Of a stretch of 64,000 nucleotides of DNA, positions 33,016 to 43,765 are shown piece after piece. Made by a program: the position numbers and the translations under genes. Numbering within the stretch: the first letter of the stretch is position 1; each line of letters opens with the position of its first letter. The notes under the pieces were generated by a model. It was not told where the DNA came from, did not search any database, and worked only from the letters and a program-made list of their open reading frames with translations. The DNA is from an uncultured Planctomycetota bacterium (GTDB lineage: Bacteria; Planctomycetota; Planctomycetia; Isosphaerales; Isosphaeraceae), in contig CAWJTV010000047.1 in assembly GCA_963845755.1 (NCBI GenBank), forward strand, positions 160,001 through 224,000, in the 5' to 3' direction.

Positions 33016-33723
33016 TCAATACGCATTGAACGTCCAGTATGCTCCCAACCCGGCAATCCCAATCCATCGAATTGACGGATCCAGCAGGGCCGCGCGATGA
33101 GCAGGCGATGCCATCCACATCGATTCGACCCCCGGATAGCCACCCATTGCTGCGTTCTGCCTCCGTGCGGGCCCCATGACAAAATGACCCATCCCCTGCG
33201 ACGCCTGATGGGAATTGTTGACCGCCGCCCAGTTTGTCAGGTTGGGGTCGTACCCGACTGCTGGCAAGCCGTAGGCTGCGCGGGTCGCGTTCAACCAGTT
33301 CGTGAATCCGTACGGATCACCTGCAGGCGCCGTCACCTCTGCCGCCTGGGCCGTCTCTGAGGTTGAGATCGCATCCGTTGCCTGAATGGCGGGTGCGGCC
33401 GTCAACGGCGTGGTTGTCTCCGTCGAATAAGTGGCTTGAGCAGGTTGGGTATACGCAGTTTGATAGTATTGGGGCGTGTAGGTTGTCTGGTATGTGGGGT
33501 AAGTGGGGTAGGTATAAGTGGACTGGTAACTCTGGCCAGGATAGCCGTACCAGATGGTTTGACCCCGATAGCCTGCGATCGAGTAGTACGTTGGTGGGGC
33601 CGAAGCCGGGTAATAATAGTAAGTTTGGGCATGAACCCCCACGGCCGTGCTCGCGAACGCGGCGCATCCCATCAAGGCTCGAAACAGCGAGCTTTTCCAC
33701 CTCTTGCGCGTTGTGATCTGCAA
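33016..33723 (-). CDS. Secreted CAP/SCP-domain protein with Tyr/Thr-rich N-terminus
   Basis: TTG start after GGAG; signal ending VHA-Q; WLNATRAAYGLPAV, WMASPAHRAALL, IGIAG. Confidence 0.8.
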   Translation of the reverse strand: MQITTRKRWKSSLFRALMGCAAFASTAVGVHAQTYYYYPASAPPTYYSIAGYRGQTIWYGYPGQSYQSTYTYPTYPTYQTTYTPQYYQTAYTQPAQATYSTETTTPLTAAPAIQATDAISTSETAQAAEVTAPAGDPYGFTNWLNATRAAYGLPAVGYDPNLTNWAAVNNSHQASQGMGHFVMGPARRQNAAMGGYPGVESMWMASPAHRAALLDPSIRWIGIAGLGAYWTFNAY

Positions 33724-34410
33724 GGAACCAATCTCCAGCAATTGAGGAACATGGGCCGGATCCCCACCATGAGGCTCCAATCCACACCAAAGGACGACCC
33801 GAATCCGGGAAGGCGGTGTTCGACTCTCCCTCAGCTCCCATGCGAATCGACAAAGTTGGGATAATCTTCCCTGAAATGCAACCCTTTTTTGGGATGTTGC
33901 AAAAAAACATCATCGTGCCAACTGCTATTGCATTGTAATGTTTTTATATAATTTGTGATTCTTTTAATAATGATCACTTTTCACGAGGCGGTTTCCTGGC
34001 TTGGTGTGCAACTTCTTGTGGACGCCAAGGTAAGCCCGAATCGAGGGAGTAAGATTCGGACCTCATTCGGCGATAAAGGAATGGCATTGCGACTCAACCA
34101 ACTCGGTTGGCCAAGTACCACCAGGGAAAATCAAATCGACAAGCCTTCACGCGATGGCTCTCCCGCACGGCAGGTCGAACGTTCTCGACCCGATGCGGAG
34201 CAGCTTTGGGAAGTGCGCTGACCAGACTGAGGAGGCGCTCAGTCACGCAATCATCGACCAGACAAGTCATGAGGTTGCGGGTTGACGATGAGCGATCCTG
34301 CGGGTCGAGATGGCATCGAGAATGGGGAGACTTCGCGCCGGGACGGAGCTCCGGATGGCACGCTCACCGCGCTCGATGCTTCCGACCTCCTTGAAGTTCG
34401 TCCGACGTTG

Positions 34411-35178
34411 TCAACGAGACAGCCGCGTCAGGGCGTAGACGTTCACGTCAACGCCCGTAGCAAAATACGCGAGGGGGAGAACATTGCATCGCGAAAGTCC
34501 GGCGGCGATCAGGAGGTTCTCGTCGAGCGTCAAGACGGTTGCGAACTGTAATGGATAGGGTGAATGGTGGACTCGCCCTTGGAACAATGCATCGTTCGCC
34601 ATCGCGTAGAGCAGATAGCGTTCCACGAGAAAGTGTTCGAGCGTACCGGGCTGGGCGGGGAGAACCGAGCCGGTCGGGATGGCGCGAATCAGGTACGAGG
34701 CGGGGCAGGGGTCTGGCCGGCGCCGAACACCCGCATAGAGGATCGGCTGGGGATCGGTCGGGCCCATCCTGGGTTCACGCTCAAGGAATAGCCGCGCATG
34801 ATAATACGGGAGGTGGAACCAGGTTCTGGCCAGAGACACTGCCAGGGCATTGGCCGCGTCCAGGCTGAAGAACCAGACTCCCGGGTCGAGGCCGTCTCGA
34901 TGGACATAGGTTCTCACATTGGTCTCGTGGAAGCTGGAGATTCCCCAGATGGGAGGCACGCCAACCGGCCGGACTCCGGTCATGGTGAACGGAACCAGGC
35001 CAATGTAGGCCGTCCCCTCAAACAAATCGACGTCAAGCCCGGACGGCACCAGGGGGCGCAGCGTCTCGGGACGGATCGGCCAGTGGAGAAAGAGGAGATC
35101 TCTCCAGCTTTGCCGCATGACCGGTCGGCGGAGTGGTTCGCGGGTCGGGCTGATGCGGTCGATCGTAGTCGATGTCAT
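34411..35178 (-). CDS. YqjF (DUF2071) family protein
   Basis: MRQSWRDLLFLHWP, FHETNVRTYV, GVWFFSLDA, LEHFLVERYLLY; TGATG overlap with the upstream gene. Confidence 0.92.
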   Translation of the reverse strand: MTSTTIDRISPTREPLRRPVMRQSWRDLLFLHWPIRPETLRPLVPSGLDVDLFEGTAYIGLVPFTMTGVRPVGVPPIWGISSFHETNVRTYVHRDGLDPGVWFFSLDAANALAVSLARTWFHLPYYHARLFLEREPRMGPTDPQPILYAGVRRRPDPCPASYLIRAIPTGSVLPAQPGTLEHFLVERYLLYAMANDALFQGRVHHSPYPLQFATVLTLDENLLIAAGLSRCNVLPLAYFATGVDVNVYALTRLSR

Positions 35179-36155
35179 CAGTAGGCGATTTCCCCGCAGA
35201 TGACTTCGGCTCCTGCGGCCGTGCTCATCCCCCGCCACACCTGGAGACTGATCGAGTTCTTGGTGAAGTGGACCGAGCCATCGGCCGTGGCAATGTTGAC
35301 GCCCCCGTTATGCCGGCTTCGCGCCGCGTACATCTCCGGGAGGGCCGTCGTCGCGGCGGTGCACGGCGGGTTCGGCGGCTGGTTGATGCAGTAGATGGGG
35401 CTGAAGAGCACGTCGGGAAAGGAACCGTTGGGGGTCGAGAACGATTCGAATGTGGCTGCGTCACCCCACCACGAGAAACCGCGGAGGTCCTGGCCCTGGC
35501 CCACGACGACCTCCGAGAGGATCATCGTGTTGCTGAGCCCGTCGGTGATCGCGTTGAAACCGACGGTCGCGCACGCCGGCTGATTGTAATCGCCCAGGGG
35601 AGAACCGATGTCCACAAAGGGCGCGCCGGCGAAGGTGATGCCCTGGAAATCGGCCTGAAGCACGGTGGTGTTGCCGAAGTTCGCGGCGTAGTTCTGGGAC
35701 GTGCAGGCGTAGGTCTTGCCGTTGAAGGCGGCGGTGATCGGGGCGTTGGTCATGTCACTGGGGCAGAGATAAAGCGCCACGCGAGTCGAGGTCACCGTCA
35801 CGTTGGCCGCGCCGAAGTACCTCAGGTCCAGGTCGTAGTTGGTCGGCACGCCGGGCGAGTTGATGCCGCAGGAATTCCACGCGTTGAACAGGGATCCCTG
35901 TTCAACGAAGGGCAAGGTGTAGACAAGCCAGGTGCCCCAGCAGCAGCCCTTCTTGCCGGGAGGCAACACGGCGTGGACATCGTGATACTGATGCATCGCT
36001 TGGGAGATCTGCTTGAGGTTGTTCAAGCATTGGGTGCGCCGCGCGGCCTCTCGGGCCGATTGGACCGCCGGCAGCAAGATGGCCAGCAGCACGCCGATGA
36101 TCGCGATGACGACGAGGAGCTCGATCAGCGTAAAGCCCCGATGATGGCTCTGCAT
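35178..36155 (-). CDS. DUF1559 prepilin-type protein
   Basis: GFTLIELLVVIAIIGVL, AREAARRTQCLNNLKQI, ITDGLSNT, SRHNGGVNIATADGSV (H-X9-DG). Confidence 0.95.
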   Translation of the reverse strand: MQSHHRGFTLIELLVVIAIIGVLLAILLPAVQSAREAARRTQCLNNLKQISQAMHQYHDVHAVLPPGKKGCCWGTWLVYTLPFVEQGSLFNAWNSCGINSPGVPTNYDLDLRYFGAANVTVTSTRVALYLCPSDMTNAPITAAFNGKTYACTSQNYAANFGNTTVLQADFQGITFAGAPFVDIGSPLGDYNQPACATVGFNAITDGLSNTMILSEVVVGQGQDLRGFSWWGDAATFESFSTPNGSFPDVLFSPIYCINQPPNPPCTAATTALPEMYAARSRHNGGVNIATADGSVHFTKNSISLQVWRGMSTAAGAEVICGEIAY

Positions 36156-36221
36156 CGAGAGGGTCCTCCACTAGGGCCAAGAATGACAACGGGCGAGAGC
36201 GACCGATCCCAAAATGTCGCG

Positions 36222-36698
36222 CTACTCCGCCACGTCGGAATGAAGGTCAAATCGGAAGCGATTTGTGCCGCGCTCGGTGACATTCGCGCGTAATTCGGTT
36301 CGAGTATTGTAGACAGCGGGGATCCGCTCGACCATAGGACGCCGGGTTCGATCCGTCTGGCCATTGATTGGCGGCGCCTGATCACCCGAACTCGCATAGA
36401 CACGCACCTGGTACGAGCCCGGCGCGGGCCCCTGGTCCCGAGGGATCGCGAACATCCCGCGCCGGATGGTCGTACCGACGGCCGTGCCCGACTGAGTTGT
36501 GGCGGGCTCCAGGAGTATGGCGCCATCGCTCAGCGGCTGACCGTCCAGAGTAATCATCCCCGAGATCGCCCGGCGGCCTAGCCCGTCGTCCGAATCGCAA
36601 CCACCGGCGAGACACGTAAGCAGCACCATGACCAGTCCGGAAGACCTGGAAGGACGCAGACTGCGGTAGACTCGTCGTGTTCGGGGACTCTGGTGCAT
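36222..36698 (-). CDS. Lipoprotein with carboxypeptidase-regulatory-like domain (usual DUF1559 partner)
   Basis: Lipobox LAGGC; ISGMITLDGQPL, PGSYQVRV, IPAVYNTRTEL, NRFRFDL. Confidence 0.85.
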   Translation of the reverse strand: MHQSPRTRRVYRSLRPSRSSGLVMVLLTCLAGGCDSDDGLGRRAISGMITLDGQPLSDGAILLEPATTQSGTAVGTTIRRGMFAIPRDQGPAPGSYQVRVYASSGDQAPPINGQTDRTRRPMVERIPAVYNTRTELRANVTERGTNRFRFDLHSDVAE

Positions 36699-36943
36699 TT
36701 GCGTGTACCCTGGATTGCCGATCCCCTACAATAGAGGATTGGGCAGCCCTCTGACCATTGCACATTCCGGTTCGATGCCTCCAGAGTTTATGAGCCCTGC
36801 AGAACCGCGGGCGGCTCGATGGTGGTCAAGAAAGATTCGAGTCGGCTCGGAAGAAAAGTTGAACCCAATTCCCCATCCCGGTGCAGTTAGTCTGTAGATC
36901 AAGGGCGCAACAACCAAGGGACTCGTCCGCCAGGAGCGCGAGA

Positions 36944-37844
36944 ATGATCGTCCGGACCACCGGATCGACGGATCGGCAGTTACTGGATGATTTCGTGCAT
37001 GATCAGGACCCGGTCGCATTCCAGAGCCTGGTCTCGCGATACGGTTCAGCCGTGCACAAGGTGTGTCGTGGGGTTCTTGGCGACCTGCACGAGGCCGAGG
37101 ACGCGTTCCAGGCGACCTTCCTGGTGCTCGCCCGCAGGGCGCCGGTTATACGAGAGCCGGACTTGCTCGGAGGTTGGTTGCGGGGGGTAGCCTACCGCGT
37201 AGCGGTGCGGGCTCGTCGCCGGGCCGTTCGGCGACGGAAGACGGAGAAGCTTCGGGCTGAGATGTCCCGGGATCGATCGGGGATCGGTTCTGGAGAGAGC
37301 CTGGAACTGCGCGAGATCGTCGGAAACGAGCTGGATCGTCTGCCCGATGACTATCGCCAACCTTTGGTCCTGTGCTATCTCGACGGGATGACGCATCAGG
37401 AAGCCGCAGGAAAGCTGGGTTGGCCGGTCGGGACGGTCAAGGTCCGCCTGGTGCGCGGACGACGGATGATTCGCGAACGGCTTCATCGTCGGGGGATCGC
37501 CCTGAGCGCCTTGCTGGTCCTGGTGCCGCGAGGCCGGAGGGCTTCACGCGGTCACAGAGCCGCTGGTGGAATCGACGATGCGGGCCATCTCCCTGGACGC
37601 GGCGGGCCGACACGTCGGACTCGAGTCCGAGTTTCCCGATGTTCGGGAGCTGGCGAATTCGCTCACGGGACACGGCCTGATCCCAACGTCTCCCTGGCTC
37701 TGGGCCGCCCTGGTGATCATAAGCTTCTCTCTGCTCCTGTCCGTACCATTGGCCCGAGCATACAGCGGACCCTGGTCGTCCGAGGTCGATGCGAGGGACC
37801 TACCGGCCAATTTGACCGACGTCCTGAACGTCGAGTGCCGCTAA
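36944..37844 (+). CDS. ECF sigma factor with short C-terminal membrane tail (frameshift near 37530)
   Basis: TDRQLL, AEDAFQATFLVL, LVLCYLDGMTHQEAAGKLGWPVGTVKVRL; continues in ORF 37566-37844 with hydrophobic helix WLWAALVIISFSLLLSVPLARA; start could be 36881. Confidence 0.88.
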
Positions 37845-38145
37845 GGGTTGCGTCTCGCCTCACGGTGTCACCGTGACGGAGAGGCTCGCGCAACTGCCTG
37901 AAGCCGTGTCGAGAAGTCGTCACGGGAAGCCTTCTCGCGTTCCGGGCTCGGGATGAGTCGGGCATTCGGCGCGGCGCTATCGGGACGCCGCTGAGGATCG
38001 GTCTGCGCGCACGGATTCTGGGTTCTCACGGTCTGTCTCGAAAGGCAGCCGAGGTTTCGAGTCCGAGGGTCGTCTAGCCCTCACCGAAGACGTTGCATCC
38101 TTTACCTGGGCGTCGAGCGTCGAACGCCCATTCGTCCGGTTCATC

Positions 38146-38715
38146 ATGGAGAGCTATCATATGTTGCGTATTCCAACAAGGTGCATCCTGGGCGCCGTCG
38201 TTCTGCTCTGGTCGTGCGCCGGAACGATGCCGGCCCGGGGGGACCTGGTCACCAGCTTGACGGTCGACGTGACCCAGGCAATGAACGGCCCATATACGTA
38301 CGACTATACTTTGACGGTTGACGCCAGCAGCACTCTCGCTGCCGGGGAGCTTGACCTGGTGGTCTCGCCCTTCGCGAACCTGTCGGCGATCACGGGGCCG
38401 TCCGGCTGGGACATCTTTTATACGCCGGGTTCGCCGGGCGACACCACGATCACCTTCTCCTCGCCGGATTCTTCCACCGACATCGCGCCGGGTTCGATCG
38501 GGATGTTCTCGATGACGAGCTTCGTCGGCCCTGCGCTCGCGAGCGACCTGGTGCGTGGTTTCGACGACAGCAACGGCACATTCGCCCAGAATGGCGGGAC
38601 CATCCTCACCGCTTCGGTGCCGGAGCCGTCCGGCCTCGTGCTCGGCGTGCTCGCCCTGCTCGGTGCCGCTTACCCTGTCACGCGTGGGTCGGGCCGTCGG
38701 CGTCGCTCAAACTGA
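38146..38715 (+). CDS. PEP-CTERM sorting-domain protein
   Basis: Signal peptide; C-terminal VPEPSGLVLGVLALLG...RRRR. Confidence 0.92.
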   Translation: MESYHMLRIPTRCILGAVVLLWSCAGTMPARGDLVTSLTVDVTQAMNGPYTYDYTLTVDASSTLAAGELDLVVSPFANLSAITGPSGWDIFYTPGSPGDTTITFSSPDSSTDIAPGSIGMFSMTSFVGPALASDLVRGFDDSNGTFAQNGGTILTASVPEPSGLVLGVLALLGAAYPVTRGSGRRRRSN

Positions 38716-38774
38716 GGCAACTTTGCACTCTGCAGTCATTTGTTGTTCACTTATTATTGAAAGGAGATTTCTAT

Positions 38775-40041
38775 ATGAGAACCTCGCGAGTCGCGCGGCG
38801 ATTCCTGGTCGCCGTCGTAGTCGGGGCGATCACGGTCGGATCGTACTGGGTCCGGTCGATGGCCTCCGACCACGCCGACACGGCGGAGATCGTCAACCGA
38901 ATTGGTGCCGACCTCACGGACGTGTTCATCTTCCCCAGTGCCAACAATCCGGACAACGTGGTCCTCGTGCTCGATGCCCACAGCTTGAACCCGCCGGGCG
39001 TGACCGACGTCTATTTCGATCCTCTGGTCCTCTATCAATTCAAAATCGACAACACCGGTGACAACGTGGAGGACCTGGTGATCCAGGTCAAGTTCGGCAA
39101 TCCCGGTCCCGGTCAGGCGGTCTACGTCGCGGGGCCTTTCAAGCCGTTCACGACCGGCACGACGGCGATCTTCGCCAGGCGCCTTCCTGGCGTGGGCACG
39201 ATCAACCAGTCATTCCAGCCGACGACAGGAATGCAGGTCTTCGCCGGTTTGCGGGCCGATCCGTTCTTCTTCGATGTCGGGAGGCTCTACCAGATCTTCC
39301 CGGACCGCAAGACACCACTGACGGGTAATCAGGTGGATTTTCCTTCAATCAAGGCTGCCAACACACCGCAGGAGCCGGGTTTCCTGCCCCCCGGGCAGGC
39401 ATCCGACTTCCTCGCGGATATCAATTGCCTGTCCATCGTCCTCGAGTTGCCGCGAGCCAGCCTTGCGCCCGCAGGCAAGCCTCCCGGAGTGATCCGGCTG
39501 TGGGAGACGACGAATGTCTATTCCGGAGCCCCCAACTTTGACTATACCCAGCTCGACCGTCTGGCGCGTCCGGCCGTTAACGAAGTGCTGGCCGTGGTGA
39601 CGGATCGTCGACACGAGCATAACGACAAGGACAACCCGACCGACGACAGCAATCCGACTACGGGGCTGATCACGGACATTGACAGCTTCCTCCAGTTCCC
39701 CGCCGGTCGTTCGGCGGCGATTCGTAACGTGATCGAGTCGGTCCTGGTCCCCGATGTGATGATCGCCGACCTATCGCAGACCGACGGTGCTTCCTATCTC
39801 GGTACGGAAGTGACTCAGGCGCTCTCGGGCGGGACCAAGAGCTCGTTCGGCGGGCGAGCCACTCACCGACGACGTCGTGGACATCTCATTGGGGATCATC
39901 TTCGGCAATACCGTGCCGGCGTTGGGCTTGGCTCCGGACGACGGGAACGAGATCCCGTCGTTCACGACGGACAATGTTGGTTACGACCAGAGTGTCAAGC
40001 ACACCCTCAATGCCTTCCCTTATGTCGGGACACCGAATTGA
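38775..40041 (+). CDS. DUF4331 family secreted protein (frameshift near 39860)
   Basis: ASDHAD, ADLTDVFIF, YQFKIDNTGD, VFAGLRADPFFFD, QLDRLARPAVN; shifted frame gives LTDDVVDI...FPYVGTPN and a stop at 40039-40041. Confidence 0.88.
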
Positions 40042-40124
40042 TCGGCGGGATGTGAGAACATAATCGGCATGATCCGGGGCGGTCGAATTCGTCGCCCCGG
40101 GTCGATTCCCGGGAGAAACCTGCG

Positions 40125-41420
40125 ATGAACTGGAGAACGGTTGCCATTCGGCTCGGCCTTGGGGTTGGCTTGAGCCTGGTTTGTGTGGTCCCGACACTGC
40201 TCGGTCGCGTCGTCGAGGACGTCGCCGACGAAGCTCCCCGGCGGGCCCCCTACAATCCCCTCACGATCCGAAAAACCGTCGAGTTCTGGGAGGGGAGGGT
40301 CCGGAAGAGCCCAGATCGGTTCCTTGAGCACCGCGAACTCGCCGGGGCATACCTGGCCCGACAACGAGTCACTGGCGACATTCAAGACGCAGTGCGGGCC
40401 GAGCGGGAGGCCCGCAGATCGATTGAGTTGGTGTCCCGAGGCAACGTGACAGCACTAAGTCGGCTCGCCCGCAGCCTCCTGGCCCAGCATCGGTTCCCCG
40501 AGGCCCTCCAGGCCGCACGGAGCGCAGCCCAGCTCGACTTGTCGGCCTGGCTTCTGGTCGCCGATGTCGAGCTGGAACTCGGTCATGATGCCGAGGCCCG
40601 GAAGGCCCTAACGAAGGCTGCGATCGACCCGAATCACATCAATGCGCTCGTCCTCCGCGCCCGTTTCGCTCAGGCTGACGGTGACCACGATGGCGCGCTC
40701 CGCATGCTTCGCCGGGCGGCTCGACGGGCTGACGATCTGAGCGACCTACCCGCCGAGGTCGCGGCATGGTTCCATGTCATGGTCGGCCACACCCTCATCG
40801 ACCTCGGCCGACTCGACGAGGGAACAACCGCTTGTCGCACCGCGCTGGCCATCTTCCCTGTGGATTATCGAGCCATGACCGGCCTGGCGGAAGCGGCGGC
40901 CTACCGTGGCGAGTGGGACGAAGTCGTTGCCTGGGGCCGCAAGGCAATCCAGGCCTCCCCGCAGAATCCCCAAGTGCTCGCCCTCCTGGCCGAGGCTGCC
41001 CTTAAGCTCGGCGATCAGGCGGAAGCGGACCTTCGTTTCCGACAATTCCAGGAGCTGGCCCAGTCGTTCCCTCGTATCTATGATCGACACTGGGCCCTTT
41101 TCTGCGCCGATAATGATCGCAATCTCGACGCCGCCTATGCACTGGCCAAGAAAGACCTCGAGTTGCGTCAGGATGCCGGTGCCTACGAAACGCTCGCCTG
41201 GACTGCGTTCAAGATGGGACACCAGGCCGAGGCCGAGGCCGCCCTGAGCTCGGCGATCGATCGCAAGCCGCAGACCGCCGCCTTTTTCCGCCGCGCCGAG
41301 GCGATCACGCGAGCCGACGGTCAAATCACGCGAGCCGACACATTTCGCGTTCGGGCTCGCGAGCTCAACCGATATGCCGTCAAGGCAAAGGATCCGGCCA
41401 GGCCGGGCGCCGGCGGTTGA
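40125..41420 (+). CDS. Tetratricopeptide-repeat protein
   Basis: N-terminal hydrophobic helix, Ala/Leu-rich helical repeats, LAQHRFPEAL, DLELRQD..AYETLAW. Confidence 0.85.
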   Translation: MNWRTVAIRLGLGVGLSLVCVVPTLLGRVVEDVADEAPRRAPYNPLTIRKTVEFWEGRVRKSPDRFLEHRELAGAYLARQRVTGDIQDAVRAEREARRSIELVSRGNVTALSRLARSLLAQHRFPEALQAARSAAQLDLSAWLLVADVELELGHDAEARKALTKAAIDPNHINALVLRARFAQADGDHDGALRMLRRAARRADDLSDLPAEVAAWFHVMVGHTLIDLGRLDEGTTACRTALAIFPVDYRAMTGLAEAAAYRGEWDEVVAWGRKAIQASPQNPQVLALLAEAALKLGDQAEADLRFRQFQELAQSFPRIYDRHWALFCADNDRNLDAAYALAKKDLELRQDAGAYETLAWTAFKMGHQAEAEAALSSAIDRKPQTAAFFRRAEAITRADGQITRADTFRVRARELNRYAVKAKDPARPGAGG

Positions 41421-41541
41421 GTGAGGAGATCGTCCCCTCACCTTGCCTCGGCGTGCTGGCCTTCGCCGAAGGGCCGGTCCGAGTCATGCCAGGCCTGTTC
41501 CCGTTGTTCCTTCCATCCCTGTCATTCGGGAGTCAACGATC

Positions 41542-42324
41542 ATGTCGGGTAGGTCTCGGGCCGGTTTCACGATGATCGAAATGTTGGTCGTTATTGCCAT
41601 CGTTTCGACTCTGGCGGGAGTGCTCTTACCGGCCGTTCAGAAGGCCCGCGAAGCCGCCAGGAGGCTGGGTTGTCAGAGCCATCTCCATCAGATTGGGCTG
41701 GGGATCTCGCAGTATTACGACGACTGGAACGGCCAGTTCTTCCTGCATCATCCGTTCGACGCCGATGTCCTCTCGGAGGTGGACGACGCCGAGTCGTTCG
41801 CCGAGATCTACTGGGAGGACAAGATCATGCCTTATGTCAATTCGACCTTTGCCAACGAGGCGATTGCCAAGAAGGGAACGGCGATCGCCGACGAGGCGAT
41901 CTATCGATGCATGTCGGACGTCTCAAGTCGAATGCCTTATACGTCATCCGATGGGACTGTGGACGGGATCGCCAACCGGACCAGTTTCCTGATGAACTCC
42001 CAGTTGAGCCACAAGACCCGGCGATACGGCCGATGGACCTTGCCCCGTTTCCAGTACGAGATCGGTCTCTCGAACTTCGTGGCCATCAACGAACGGGATG
42101 CGGCCGGCATCCTGGCCAGTCCCTATGCCGGCGACTCGCGGCAGGATGATTACGACATCTGGCTGGGAACCAACGTCCTCGACACCTGGATCCCCTGGTC
42201 CCGTCACGGGGCATCGAATATCCTCTACCTCGACGGTCACGCCCGATCGATTGATCGGACTCAAGCTCTTATCGGCATGTATCCCGGTGGTCAAGTCTAT
42301 CCCGATCCCCATTTCTACCCATAG
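41542..42324 (+). CDS. Short DUF1559-like prepilin-type protein
   Basis: [44 protein letters not shown]. Confidence 0.9.
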   Translation: MSGRSRAGFTMIEMLVVIAIVSTLAGVLLPAVQKAREAARRLGCQSHLHQIGLGISQYYDDWNGQFFLHHPFDADVLSEVDDAESFAEIYWEDKIMPYVNSTFANEAIAKKGTAIADEAIYRCMSDVSSRMPYTSSDGTVDGIANRTSFLMNSQLSHKTRRYGRWTLPRFQYEIGLSNFVAINERDAAGILASPYAGDSRQDDYDIWLGTNVLDTWIPWSRHGASNILYLDGHARSIDRTQALIGMYPGGQVYPDPHFYP

Positions 42325-42453
42325 CGGCGGACTACCGACTTCGTCGGCCAGATTGAAGAGTGGCATGGATCTTGCGGATCTTCGCCTGCCTCGATAAGTT
42401 CAGCCCGAGGAGTTCTCAAACTCCTTCGAACAAACCGAGGCGATGCATACGCG

Positions 42454-43377
42454 ATGATCCAGTATGACCCCCACCGCTGGTTCGACCATCTGTTCGACTT
42501 CAGGGGCTCGCTGATCCCCGAGATCACGCTCAGGGTCATGTCGTGCGTGGTCTGGGCGATCGGGGTGGTTGCGTTTCATCACTGGGTCAGGCCGGTGGAC
42601 ATCCCGGCGACGGTGCATACCCTGGTGGGAACCGCCCTGGGACTTCTCCTGGTCTTCCGGACCAACTCCTCGTATGACCGGTTCTGGGAAGGGCGACAGT
42701 TGTGGGGCAACCTGGTCAACGAGTCGCGAAACCTGGCCCGCGGCGCCGCGGTGCACCTGCGTGGTGATCCGGTGCTGATGGACCATGTGATCCGGTGGAC
42801 GGGTGCGTTCCCTTACGCCGTCAAGAACGTGTTACGGGGCACCGAGGGACTGGGCCCGATCGCCGACGAGCTACCCAGGGCCGAGCTCGAATGGGTCCTT
42901 CGCTCCGAACATCCGGCGCTGTCCATCGCGACCCGAATCTCCGCGCGCCTCGTCAAGGCGCGCGACAAGGGGCTGATCTCCGACATCATCCTGGCCGCGC
43001 TGGACCAGAACGTGCAACAACTGGTCGACTATCTGGGCGGCTGCGAGCGAATCAACACGACGCCCTTGCCGTTCGCCTATATGGTACACCTCCGTCGTTT
43101 GCTCATCCTTTACTGCTTTACGCTCCCGTTTGCCCTGGTCGATACCTTCGGCTGGCTTTCGGTGCTGGACACGCTCGGTGTGGCGTATACCTTTTTCGGG
43201 ATCGAGGAGATCGGCGTCGAGATCGAGAATCCCTTCGGCCACGACCTCAACGATCTGGCCCTGGAAGATCTCTGCGCCAAGATCGCCAAGAATGTGCTGG
43301 CCTTGAGCGGACGCCACGATGAAGCCGACGCTCATGACATCACGACCGGTGAGGTGATCAAGATCGGGGTCGAGTAG
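42454..43377 (+). CDS. Bestrophin-family ion channel (YneE-like)
   Basis: LLVFRTNSSYDRFWEGR, GCERINTTPLPFAY, EEIGVEIENPFG.D.NDL. Confidence 0.95.
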   Translation: MIQYDPHRWFDHLFDFRGSLIPEITLRVMSCVVWAIGVVAFHHWVRPVDIPATVHTLVGTALGLLLVFRTNSSYDRFWEGRQLWGNLVNESRNLARGAAVHLRGDPVLMDHVIRWTGAFPYAVKNVLRGTEGLGPIADELPRAELEWVLRSEHPALSIATRISARLVKARDKGLISDIILAALDQNVQQLVDYLGGCERINTTPLPFAYMVHLRRLLILYCFTLPFALVDTFGWLSVLDTLGVAYTFFGIEEIGVEIENPFGHDLNDLALEDLCAKIAKNVLALSGRHDEADAHDITTGEVIKIGVE

Positions 43378-43555
43378 GCTCGTTAGCACAAGGCCCAGAA
43401 CCGATGGCTCAGGTCGCGGCTAACCGGCTGACCCGGCGGATTTTTTTCTTGTGTCGCCCCCCTCTTTGCGCACAGTACTTCCGGGAATCGCAGCAAGGCC
43501 AACGGCCTGCGGTGGGAGCCGTCGCCAGCTGCCTTGAGGAAGAGGTAGGATCCCG

Positions 43556-43765
43556 ATGCAAGACGTGCCCAACCCGGCCCTCGATGCCGGGACAATCCGA
43601 AGCATGGCCGCCGAAGTGGTGAGGATTGCGCTGACGACCGCCGAAGTCGATGCGGTACGGACCACGCTAGCCTCGCTCCTCGATGAGATCCGAGGTATCG
43701 CGCCGAGCGACCGGGCCGGCCTCGAGCCCGAGACGACCATCATGGTGGAGGAGTGGCCGCGATGA
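43556..43765 (+). CDS. Small GatC/AtzG-like amidase partner subunit
   Basis: 69 aa, helical, ends GLEPETT; ATGA overlap with the amidase. Confidence 0.6.
   Translation: MQDVPNPALDAGTIRSMAAEVVRIALTTAEVDAVRTTLASLLDEIRGIAPSDRAGLEPETTIMVEEWPR

Noticed and set aside
37847..37895. Hairpin with core tcacggtgtcaccgtga after the ECF gene
   Set aside because: No U-tract and no second copy seen; function unsupported
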